Source: a virus
Taxonomy: Duplodnaviria; Caudoviricetes
Length of the DNA stretch: 45,322 nt
Virus record (IMG/VR): IMGVR_UViG_3300022407_001722
Span: 1 to 45,322 of that record
Strand: one strand, 5' to 3'
Part shown: positions 37,878-45,322 of the stretch, one piece after another
How the letters are laid out: each line of letters opens with the position of its first letter
Position numbering within the stretch: the first letter of the stretch is position 1
Position numbers and translations under genes: made by a program
The notes under the pieces: generated by a model
The model's database searches: none
What the model saw: only the letters and a program-made list of their open reading frames with translations
What the model was told of the DNA's origin: nothing

Positions 37878-37912
37878 ATTTGCTAAATATAGCTATATTT
37901 TTCTTATATTTG
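37875..37912 (+). promoter_or_regulatory. Promoter upstream of tail-fibre block
   Basis: TATATTTG at 37905-37912 with upstream TTTG at 37879-37882. Confidence 0.65.
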
Positions 37913-37930
37913 GTGTAAAATTTAAAGCAA

Positions 37931-38449
37931 ATGCCTCTTGTACCTAATTTTACGGCCAGTCAGTTTAGTGGCACTCCGTCAGTTATTACATTAACAGATA
38001 CAAGCACTGGTAGTGATGGTACCATTGCCTCTCGTAGAGTATATTTATTACAAGCTAATGGTACGTTCTTAGTGCCTGCTGGAACCACTACAGATTATGT
38101 AGTTTGGAATTTAGCTAATACAAGTATTGATTTGGATGTGTTATCTCAAGATTCTGCATTAAGTATTACGGTACAATGGTTAACATCTGCAAATGCGGTG
38201 GTGACATCTAAAACAATTTCATTCGCATTTACGGCATATAATGAAACTTTTTATTACGGCTTAACTGAAAGTCAAGTTGCAAATTCTAATTTGTCTGCAA
38301 GCACCAACTGGTACCAAACGAAACTAGTATTACGAGTTGAAATTGATAGTGCAGATCAGGCAATTACATTTGCTTCTGATATTTATTCAGCACAAGCTGC
38401 ATTAAACAGAGCAACATACATATCTACTAACCAAGCTTTATTCTTCTAA
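37931..38449 (+). CDS. Putative tail structural protein
   Basis: PNFTASQ...ITLTDTSTGS (PKD/Ig-like start); S/T-rich. Confidence 0.6.
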   Translation: MPLVPNFTASQFSGTPSVITLTDTSTGSDGTIASRRVYLLQANGTFLVPAGTTTDYVVWNLANTSIDLDVLSQDSALSITVQWLTSANAVVTSKTISFAFTAYNETFYYGLTESQVANSNLSASTNWYQTKLVLRVEIDSADQAITFASDIYSAQAALNRATYISTNQALFF

Positions 38450-38451
38450 AT

Positions 38452-38979
38452 ATGTTAGATCCACAAACAACAGTATCAATAGCGGAGATTTCGCAATACT
38501 TATGGAATGACGCAATACCAAAGCAAAATGCTTTCTTCAATGGAAGTATTGATCCACGCAAGGCTCAGCAGCTTTACATGGAAAGAAAAGCTTTGCAATA
38601 TGGCATTGACCAACAGTTAAGTGGACTACCCGGAACATCTAATTATGTTTATGCGCTATGTGGTTCTAAACTACAATTAGCAATTGAAATATTAGGAACT
38701 GGAACTGGTGGTGGTGGTGTTATCCCCGGCGGTGGTGGTAACTTTAGTGTTTACGAATATTCTAGTAATGCAACTCTTGGTTCATTTACAATTTATTTCC
38801 CAGAAGCAATTGGTAAGAGATGCGTAAACGCATTTAGACAAGGTAATAACATTGGTGCCATATTAACTTCAGGTACTCCAACAGGAAACCAAGTTGTATG
38901 GGATAAAACAAATGGCTCATTAACAGTAGCAGTTGCATTTTACAGCAATGAATTTGTGAGAGTAGTTGTTCAACAATAA
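38452..38979 (+). CDS. Putative tail structural protein
   Basis: Two domains joined by a Gly-rich linker; precedes the tail fibre. Confidence 0.6.
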   Translation: MLDPQTTVSIAEISQYLWNDAIPKQNAFFNGSIDPRKAQQLYMERKALQYGIDQQLSGLPGTSNYVYALCGSKLQLAIEILGTGTGGGGVIPGGGGNFSVYEYSSNATLGSFTIYFPEAIGKRCVNAFRQGNNIGAILTSGTPTGNQVVWDKTNGSLTVAVAFYSNEFVRVVVQQ

Positions 38980-38991
38980 AAATATTTTAAG

Positions 38992-41900
38992 GTGGCAATA
39001 CAGAATTTAATCAGCGGTGACTTAAAGTTAAGAGATGAGAATGGTATATTAGTTGCAGTAAATGGTATTGTATCTGCCGATACTTCAGGAACAATAGGTA
39101 CTTCTGGAAGCAGTGGTACTAGTGGAACAAGTGGAATTGGTGGTACTAGTGGTACAAACGGAACTTCAGGATCAAGTGGTACGTCTGGGACTTCAGGAAC
39201 TTCGGCTACGGCTGGAACAAGCGGATCTTCAGGTAGTTCATCTACCTCTGGTACATCAGGAACAACTGGAACTTCAGGTACGACAGGTACTTCTGGAAGC
39301 TCTGGTACTTCGGCTACTTCAGGGACTTCTGGTACATCAGCTACTTCTGGTACTGATGGTACAGGGGGAACTTCAGGAACAAGCGGTACGTCTGCAACAA
39401 GCGGTACTTCTGGTACAACAGGAACTAGTGGAAGCTCTGGAACAAGCGGAAGCAGTGGTACTTCGGGTACAACAGGTACTTCGGGTACTTCTGCTACTTC
39501 AGGTTCTAGTGGCACTAGTGGAACTGATGGCACAGGTGGAACAAGCGGTACCTCTGGTACTTCTGGTACATCTGGTACTGATGGTTTTGACGGAACAAGC
39601 GGAACAAGTGGTACAGACGGTACAGGTGGTACAAGCGGAACTTCGGGTTTTAGCGGTACAGATGGTACTTCAGGTACTAGTGGAACTTCTGGCACTTCTG
39701 GAACAACCGGTACTTCAGGTACTTCGGCTACGTCTGGCTCTAGTGGAACTAGTGGTACAGATGGAACTGGTGGTACTTCGGGTACGTCTGGAACTTCAGC
39801 GACATCTGGTTCTAGTGGAACTTCAGGAACTAGCGGTATAACGGGTACTTCAGGAACTAGTGGAACAACAGGAACTTCTGGAACAACAGGAACATCTGGT
39901 ACTAGCGGAACGGCAGGCACTTCGGGTATTAATGGTGTATCTGGAGGACTTGTATACTATCTAAATCAATCTTTAAATACAAATACTGCTTTTGGTACTC
40001 CGACATATAAGCAATGGTCACCTACAGCAGTAGTGGGAGCAGAGCAAACTGTAGTTACAAATGTAGCGCCAAGCACAAGAACATTAATTGCAACTTTTGC
40101 AACTGACTCAGGTGTGCCTAATATAACAAGCATACCTGCTGGTAACTGGGCTTGGGTAACACACTTTTCTATTAATACAAATAGAAACGTAGCAGTAGAT
40201 GTAGAGCTTTATAAATACACAACGGGTGGTGTTTCAACACTTCTAGGTACTACAAACCTAGATACCGAGTCTATGTCAACAAATGTTATCAGAGAGTTTT
40301 TTACAGATTTGTTTTTAGGTCAAACCGCATTAAACGCAACAGATAGGCTTTATTGTCAAATTTATGCTGAATTTAGTGGCAGTGGTGCTAATCATGATAT
40401 AACTTTTTATACAGAGGGTACGAGTAACTACTCATACGCTCAAACAACATTCAATCCACCAAGTGGTACTTCTGGAACAAGTGGTACATCAGGTGTTGGT
40501 GGTACTAGCGGTACAAGTGGTACAACTGGAACATCTGGTACTAGTGGCGTAAGTGGAAGTAGTGGTATAGATGGGACATCTGGTACAAGTGGTACTTCTG
40601 GAACTTCTGGAACAAGCGGAACTTCTGGAACTTCAGCAACTGATGGTACTGGTGGTACGAGTGGAACAAGTGGAACGACTGGTACTTCTGGAACTTCGGG
40701 TACAACTGGTACTAGCGGTAGTAGTGGAACTAGTGGCTCAAGTGGAGTTAGTGGCTCAAGTGGTATAGATGGAACTTCTGGTACTTCTGGAACTTCAGGG
40801 ACTAGTGGTGTTTCGGGTTCAAGTGGCGTTTCAGGAACAAGTGGCACATCTGGAAGTAGTGGAATTAATGGAACAGACGGTACATCTGGAACTAGCGGTT
40901 CAACGGGAACTAGTGGCACATCTGGAACCACAGGGACTTCTGGTTCAAGTGGAACTAGTGGCTCTAGTGGAACAAGCGGAACCACCGGTACTTCTGGTAC
41001 TTCTGCAACATCTGGAACTAGTGGTACTACAGGAACAAGTGGAACAGCGGGTTCAAGCGGAACATCTGCAACAGCAGGTACAAGTGGTACATCAGGAGCT
41101 GGAACTGTTAGTGGTACATTAAATTTTGTAGGTAAACTAACTCCTAATGGAACTTCTGTAGGAAATAGTTTAATGTTTGATACAGGTGCTGCGGTTTTAA
41201 TAGGAACACAAACTGCTAGTTCAGGTAAATTTATGGTATATTCTACCACAGCTGATAATCACTATCAAGCTATTGGTTCAGCTCCATCATTTAGATTTGC
41301 AGATACCATTACTTCTCCTACATATACAGGTATTGTTGGATTAGCAACAGCGACTAATAATTTTATTACAGGCGCATCAGCAGGTGATATGGTACTTTCT
41401 AGTAACACTACCTCATCAGGAAACTTCTTGTTTGGTACAGCTGCTACAGAAAGAATGAGGATTAATGCAAATGGTACAGTTTCTATTGGTGGAACTGGTA
41501 ATACATATAAACTTGATGTAACAGGTACGGGAAGATTAACGGGACAACTTAGGTTGGAGTCAACAATTACGGACGGAACTAATACATACACTCTACCAAG
41601 TGCAACGGGTACTTTAGCTTTAACAAGTGCGTTAAGTGGTTATCTTCCATTAACAGGAGGAACGCTTACAGGTGCTTTAACTGTTACAAGTAATGTAACG
41701 ATAAGACCTACAAGTGGATATAATGCTTATTTTCAAACAAGCGGAACTGCATTAAGAATAAACTACTTAAACGATGCTTTATCTGCGAATGTAAGTGCGG
41801 CATATAGAGCAACAGATTATTCATTCCAAGACGGAAGCGGAAGCGCAATTTTAACTTTAGCATCTACAGGAGCAGCTACATTCTCTAGTACTGTAACTGC

Positions 41901-44157
41901 ATTAAATGCCATCATTAATAATGGAGTAAATAGCACAGATGGTATAAAAATAATAGCTAGTACTACTGCTTCAGTAATGACAGGTGGTATTGAATTTATG
42001 AGAACAACTGTAACAGGTGGTTCTAAAATTGAACCATTAAGAGATGCAGCAATTGGTGGTGTAGGATTAAAATTTTTAGTTACTGCTAATAATACGGCTG
42101 AAATAAACGCAACTTATACAAATGCTTTACAAATCTTAAACACAGGAGCAGCTACATTCTCAAGTGATGTAACAACAAATGCTACTTACAATATTACAAA
42201 TGGTCTAAAATTATGGGGTAATCATATTACTACCGAATGGTATAATGGTCCTGATACTGTTTTTGTTAATTATAGAGGATATAATTCTGGCACTACACAA
42301 TTTAGGAGTTTTGCTATTTATAATGGTAAAAATAGTCAGATTGCTTTATTTGATGGTTCTACAGGAGCAGCTACATTCTCAAGTAGTGTAATTGCACCAC
42401 AATTTATGGCAAACTTTAGTGGCGGTGGATTTAGAGGATTAGAATATCAAAGTTCAGGTACTATTTTTGGATATAGCAAAGCAGACCCAGGCGGTGGTGA
42501 ATATAGACATTACATAGGTCCAAGTTCAGGTTGGGGTGGATATATGACATTCTATACTGACAATACCGAGCGTATGCGCATAACAAGTGGGGGGTTAGTG
42601 GGTATTGGTACTACATCGCCACAAACATTACTAAGTGTTGAAACAAGTGGAACACAAAATACAGTATCTCCAATTATTACAAGCCAAAGTTTAGGAACTA
42701 CATATACAGGTATGTATTCTATTAGAGACGGAGCAGGTGACCAAAGAGGTTTATTATTCCAAGTTTATACTGCAAATGTTGGATTAAATGAAAAGATGCG
42801 CATAACAAGTGGGGGGTTAGTGGGTATTGGTACTACATCGCCAAGTACAAGATTAGATATTCAAGAAACTTCTGCTGCTACTTATGGTACTATTTCAGTT
42901 AGAGGTAATAGCAGAGGTGCAGGAATTGATATGTTTCAAAATAGTACGTTTTTAGGTCAAATGTATGCAGATGGCTCAAGTAATATAATATTTACAAATA
43001 CAACTTCTGCTACCGAACGTATGCGCATAACAAGTGGGGGCTCAGTTGGTATAGGTACTACTTCTCCAAGTAGAAAACTTGAAGTTTACGCAGTAGACCC
43101 ATCATTTGCATTAAAGTCAAGCACAACAACAGGGTATAGTGAATTATATTTTGCAGATAGTGCTTCTGATTCTGTTGGTTTTATAAGCTATGCGCACAGT
43201 ACGGATTCTATGGTATTAGGAACGTCTGGTAGTACACGACTTACAATAGCCTCTACAGGAGCAGCTACATTCTCAAGTACAATAACTGCAACAAGTGGTG
43301 TATTAAAAAATAGTTCAGCATCTCCTACATACTTAACTTTAGATGGAACAAATAGAACAAGCGGTAGAAATTACGAAATAGGAACAGGATATGCAGGAGT
43401 TGGAAATGATAGATTTTATATTTATGACAATACTGCAAATTCAAGTAGATTAGTAATTGATGCTTCAGGAAATGTTGGAATAGGTACTACAAGTCCTCAA
43501 AGACTCTTAGATGTTTCAAACTCAACTTCTGCATATATTAGAGCGACTTGTTCTGGAAGTTCTGTATTCAACGAATTGTATTCTACTTCTTCTGGAGGAT
43601 TTGTTGGTACAACATCAAGTCATAACCTTTCATTCCAAACCGCTGGGTTTACTAGGATGGCACTAACAAGTGGTGGGTTGTTGTATATTAATACATCATT
43701 ACAGGTTGGTACAGGCTTTGTATCTCTTGTTTCAAATTTAGCAACAAATACAGCTATTGCAATAAAAAGTACAAACTCAGGTAACTCTGGGACATTTATA
43801 CAATTTCAGAATACTTCAAATGTACAAGCTGGAGCTATAACTCATACTGGTGCAACAACTGTTGCCTACGGAACATCTTCAGACTACAGGCTAAAGCAAG
43901 ATTTCCAAGACTTTAATGGTCTTGATTTGCTTAGCAAAATAAAGATGTATAATTACGAATGGAAGGAAGATAAAACTCGTGCTTATGGTGTTATTGCTCA
44001 TGAGCTACAGCCAATATTAAACTATGCAGTAGTTGGTGTTAAAGATGGTGCAGATATGCAGAGTGTAGATTACAGTAAGATAGTGCCTGTTTTAGTTAAG
44101 GCAGTGCAAGAGCAACAAGCTCAAATAAAAGAATTGAAATCACAATTAAATAAATAA
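38992..44157 (+). CDS. Giant tail fibre with Ser/Thr-Gly triplet repeats and C-terminal S74 intramolecular chaperone
   Basis: GTG start; (SGT)n blocks; repeated ERMRITSGG.VGIGTTSP modules; SSDYRLKQ...GVIAHEL...VDYSKIVPVLVKAVQE chaperone motif. Confidence 0.9.
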   Translation: MAIQNLISGDLKLRDENGILVAVNGIVSADTSGTIGTSGSSGTSGTSGIGGTSGTNGTSGSSGTSGTSGTSATAGTSGSSGSSSTSGTSGTTGTSGTTGTSGSSGTSATSGTSGTSATSGTDGTGGTSGTSGTSATSGTSGTTGTSGSSGTSGSSGTSGTTGTSGTSATSGSSGTSGTDGTGGTSGTSGTSGTSGTDGFDGTSGTSGTDGTGGTSGTSGFSGTDGTSGTSGTSGTSGTTGTSGTSATSGSSGTSGTDGTGGTSGTSGTSATSGSSGTSGTSGITGTSGTSGTTGTSGTTGTSGTSGTAGTSGINGVSGGLVYYLNQSLNTNTAFGTPTYKQWSPTAVVGAEQTVVTNVAPSTRTLIATFATDSGVPNITSIPAGNWAWVTHFSINTNRNVAVDVELYKYTTGGVSTLLGTTNLDTESMSTNVIREFFTDLFLGQTALNATDRLYCQIYAEFSGSGANHDITFYTEGTSNYSYAQTTFNPPSGTSGTSGTSGVGGTSGTSGTTGTSGTSGVSGSSGIDGTSGTSGTSGTSGTSGTSGTSATDGTGGTSGTSGTTGTSGTSGTTGTSGSSGTSGSSGVSGSSGIDGTSGTSGTSGTSGVSGSSGVSGTSGTSGSSGINGTDGTSGTSGSTGTSGTSGTTGTSGSSGTSGSSGTSGTTGTSGTSATSGTSGTTGTSGTAGSSGTSATAGTSGTSGAGTVSGTLNFVGKLTPNGTSVGNSLMFDTGAAVLIGTQTASSGKFMVYSTTADNHYQAIGSAPSFRFADTITSPTYTGIVGLATATNNFITGASAGDMVLSSNTTSSGNFLFGTAATERMRINANGTVSIGGTGNTYKLDVTGTGRLTGQLRLESTITDGTNTYTLPSATGTLALTSALSGYLPLTGGTLTGALTVTSNVTIRPTSGYNAYFQTSGTALRINYLNDALSANVSAAYRATDYSFQDGSGSAILTLASTGAATFSSTVTALNAIINNGVNSTDGIKIIASTTASVMTGGIEFMRTTVTGGSKIEPLRDAAIGGVGLKFLVTANNTAEINATYTNALQILNTGAATFSSDVTTNATYNITNGLKLWGNHITTEWYNGPDTVFVNYRGYNSGTTQFRSFAIYNGKNSQIALFDGSTGAATFSSSVIAPQFMANFSGGGFRGLEYQSSGTIFGYSKADPGGGEYRHYIGPSSGWGGYMTFYTDNTERMRITSGGLVGIGTTSPQTLLSVETSGTQNTVSPIITSQSLGTTYTGMYSIRDGAGDQRGLLFQVYTANVGLNEKMRITSGGLVGIGTTSPSTRLDIQETSAATYGTISVRGNSRGAGIDMFQNSTFLGQMYADGSSNIIFTNTTSATERMRITSGGSVGIGTTSPSRKLEVYAVDPSFALKSSTTTGYSELYFADSASDSVGFISYAHSTDSMVLGTSGSTRLTIASTGAATFSSTITATSGVLKNSSASPTYLTLDGTNRTSGRNYEIGTGYAGVGNDRFYIYDNTANSSRLVIDASGNVGIGTTSPQRLLDVSNSTSAYIRATCSGSSVFNELYSTSSGGFVGTTSSHNLSFQTAGFTRMALTSGGLLYINTSLQVGTGFVSLVSNLATNTAIAIKSTNSGNSGTFIQFQNTSNVQAGAITHTGATTVAYGTSSDYRLKQDFQDFNGLDLLSKIKMYNYEWKEDKTRAYGVIAHELQPILNYAVVGVKDGADMQSVDYSKIVPVLVKAVQEQQAQIKELKSQLNK
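39085..39945 (+). repeat. 9-bp-period coding repeat block 1, about 95 x-Gly-x triplets
   Basis: Triplet register maintained, synonymous codons heavily mixed. Confidence 0.95.
40462..41100 (+). repeat. 9-bp-period coding repeat block 2, about 70 x-Gly-x triplets
   Basis: As block 1; separated from it by a globular domain of about 170 aa. Confidence 0.95.
41866..43278 (+). repeat. Dispersed direct repeats in tail fibre
   Basis: ACAGGAGCAGCTACATTCTC at 41866, 42142, 42361 and 43255; identical 48-mer at 42574-42621 and 42796-42843, partial copy at 43021. Confidence 0.9.
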
Positions 44158-44160
44158 AAA

Positions 44161-44526
44161 ATGGCAACAACAGTATTTGAATGGGTTATCAGCCAGTTGA
44201 ATTGCGCTGTAGAATCAGAAGGTTTACCAGATGTAATCAATGTGATACATTGGAGATATAACGCAACACAAGAACATGATGGGAAAGTTTATTTTGCAGA
44301 TGTTTATGGTGCATCAAGCGTAGCACAACCAAATCCACAAAACTTCATTCCTTACGCAGATGTAACACAAGCTGAAGTAATTGGATGGTTAGAAGCAATC
44401 CTTCCTGTAGCTGATATGCAGGCAAGTCTTGAGGCTAATATTGCTTTACAGATTAACCCTGTTGAAGTGACACTTCCATTACCTTGGCTTGCAACTACTA
44501 CAACCACAACGACTTTAGCTCCATAA
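44161..44526 (+). CDS. Tail-fibre-associated protein with poly-Thr tail
   Basis: FIPYADVTQAEVIGWLE...LPLPW family pattern plus LATTTTTTTLAP. Confidence 0.75.
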   Translation: MATTVFEWVISQLNCAVESEGLPDVINVIHWRYNATQEHDGKVYFADVYGASSVAQPNPQNFIPYADVTQAEVIGWLEAILPVADMQASLEANIALQINPVEVTLPLPWLATTTTTTTLAP

Positions 44527-44535
44527 ATATTTTTT

Positions 44536-44562
44536 TTAATTAAATTAATTCAATTAACTTTG
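44536..44562 (+). promoter_or_regulatory. Promoter -7 box with 17-bp palindrome
   Basis: TTAATTAA-A-TTAATTCA at 44536-44552; TAACTTTG at 44555-44562. Confidence 0.6.
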
Positions 44563-44576
44563 TTAAAAATTATATT

Positions 44577-44918
44577 ATGAAATCAATTGAACTAGTAGTA
44601 GCTAAAGAAAGTATTGGTGGTAGAGATACCTTTTTAACCACTTATGATTTATTAAAATCAGCCATTAATAATCCAGCACAAGGCGGATTTAATGTTGATG
44701 AGATGATCAAAAGACTTCGTTTATTAGGTGAAGTTGAAAAGCACAAAGATTTATTTGAAATTAATTCAGAAGATTTTAAGGATGAGTTTCTTGAAAGAAA
44801 AGCCACATTAGAATTAGAAGATGCTGATTTTACCAAGTTAAAAGAACTTTTCAAAGAAATGAAATGGGGAGTGGTATCAAAGACGATTGTTGATTTAAGC
44901 AATCAATTAGACAAGTAG
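44577..44918 (+). CDS. Hypothetical protein (possible fibre assembly chaperone)
   Basis: 113 aa helical ORF after the fibre genes. Confidence 0.7.
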   Translation: MKSIELVVAKESIGGRDTFLTTYDLLKSAINNPAQGGFNVDEMIKRLRLLGEVEKHKDLFEINSEDFKDEFLERKATLELEDADFTKLKELFKEMKWGVVSKTIVDLSNQLDK

Positions 44919-44943
44919 TTTTAAAGGTTAGTAATAATAAATT

Positions 44944-44969
44944 AAGCAGGCTGCGAACCTGCTTTTTTT
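44944..44969. terminator. Intrinsic terminator between convergent genes
   Basis: AAGCAGG-N7-CCTGCTT followed by a T-run. Confidence 0.85.
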
Positions 44970-44970
44970 A

Positions 44971-45322
44971 TTAAAAGTAACGACTAATTCTATTTATTAC
45001 CATCTCTGCGGTTATTGAAGTCTGGCACTCAAAGTTCTTATTGTAAGGGCACCAGTTCCAATTGCCTTTATCAAATTTTATTTCTGGCTTGTTCCAGCAG
45101 CCATGACATACTTTTTCATTTGTGATTCGTATGCAGCTAGTAAGGAACTCGTGATCAAATTCAGTGAAATTACTAATTAATACTACTTGTTTACCTAAAG
45201 CCCATGCCAACCAGCTAAGCCCTGAACTTAATCCTACAAAGAACGTGCTATGATATATCCAATCCATTGTTGATTCCATTGATGTATCTGGTATCTGTGG
45301 GCAATTATCAAATGGGTTTACC
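44971..45322 (-). CDS. TibC/Aah-like (BAHT, GT9-related) protein O-glycosyltransferase, 3' part
   Basis: FFVGLSSGLSWLAWALGKQVVLISNFT and C-x2-C-x15-C-x7-C (VCHGCWN...WCP...FEC); frame stays open to the window edge. Confidence 0.8.
   Translation of the reverse strand, partial: VNPFDNCPQIPDTSMESTMDWIYHSTFFVGLSSGLSWLAWALGKQVVLISNFTEFDHEFLTSCIRITNEKVCHGCWNKPEIKFDKGNWNWCPYNKNFECQTSITAEMVINRISRYF

Noticed and set aside
39085-41100. Possible CRISPR array or satellite
   Set aside because: No constant repeat with unique spacers; variation is synonymous within a protein repeat
38970-41249. Long antisense and alternate-frame ORFs ((VPEVPL)n, (LVELV)n) over the fibre repeats
   Set aside because: Stop-free shadows produced automatically by the SGT codon repeat
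42589-42816. G6 runs as phase-variation tracts
   Set aside because: Too short, and explained by Gly-Gly codons in the duplicated module
41866-43278. Diversity-generating retroelement or invertible shufflon
   Set aside because: No reverse transcriptase or invertase seen; repeats are direct and lack adenine-specific variation
1-45322. Stop-codon reassignment as in some crAss-like phages
   Set aside because: Long genes are intact in the standard code, and TAG/TGA terminate genes at sensible boundaries
1-45322. tRNA/rRNA genes, integrase, lysis genes
   Set aside because: None recognised; intergenic gaps are short, and such genes may lie outside the window

Overview
A 45 kb segment of an AT-rich tailed-phage genome, probably a podovirus infecting Bacteroidota. 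The host call rests on repeated TAnnTTTG (-7) promoter boxes and A-rich start contexts without Shine-Dalgarno motifs. The left arm (1-9.2 kb) holds small basic proteins, a leftward recombination operon (YqaJ-type exonuclease, NinG) and a rightward replication operon (XRE HTH, initiator with internal iterons, primase-helicase, SSB). The right arm (9.9-44.9 kb) is a crAss-like virion module: TerL, portal, scaffold, major capsid, ring proteins, nozzle/muzzle, large internal proteins and a giant tail fibre. It also carries GroES-like and ferritin-like genes. The best candidate for a new system is virion O-glycosylation. Four unrelated proteins end in a mucin-like poly-Thr tail (three with T6-8-AAP-T6), the tail fibre has about 165 Ser/Thr-rich x-Gly-x triplets, and a TibC/Aah-like (BAHT) protein O-glycosyltransferase gene runs off the right edge. 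Other notable points are a small gene nested out of frame in a virion gene, a nozzle gene apparently split at its Thr tail, two sets of palindromic operators and a G-quadruplex motif. All family assignments come from motif recognition by eye; no database searches were run.
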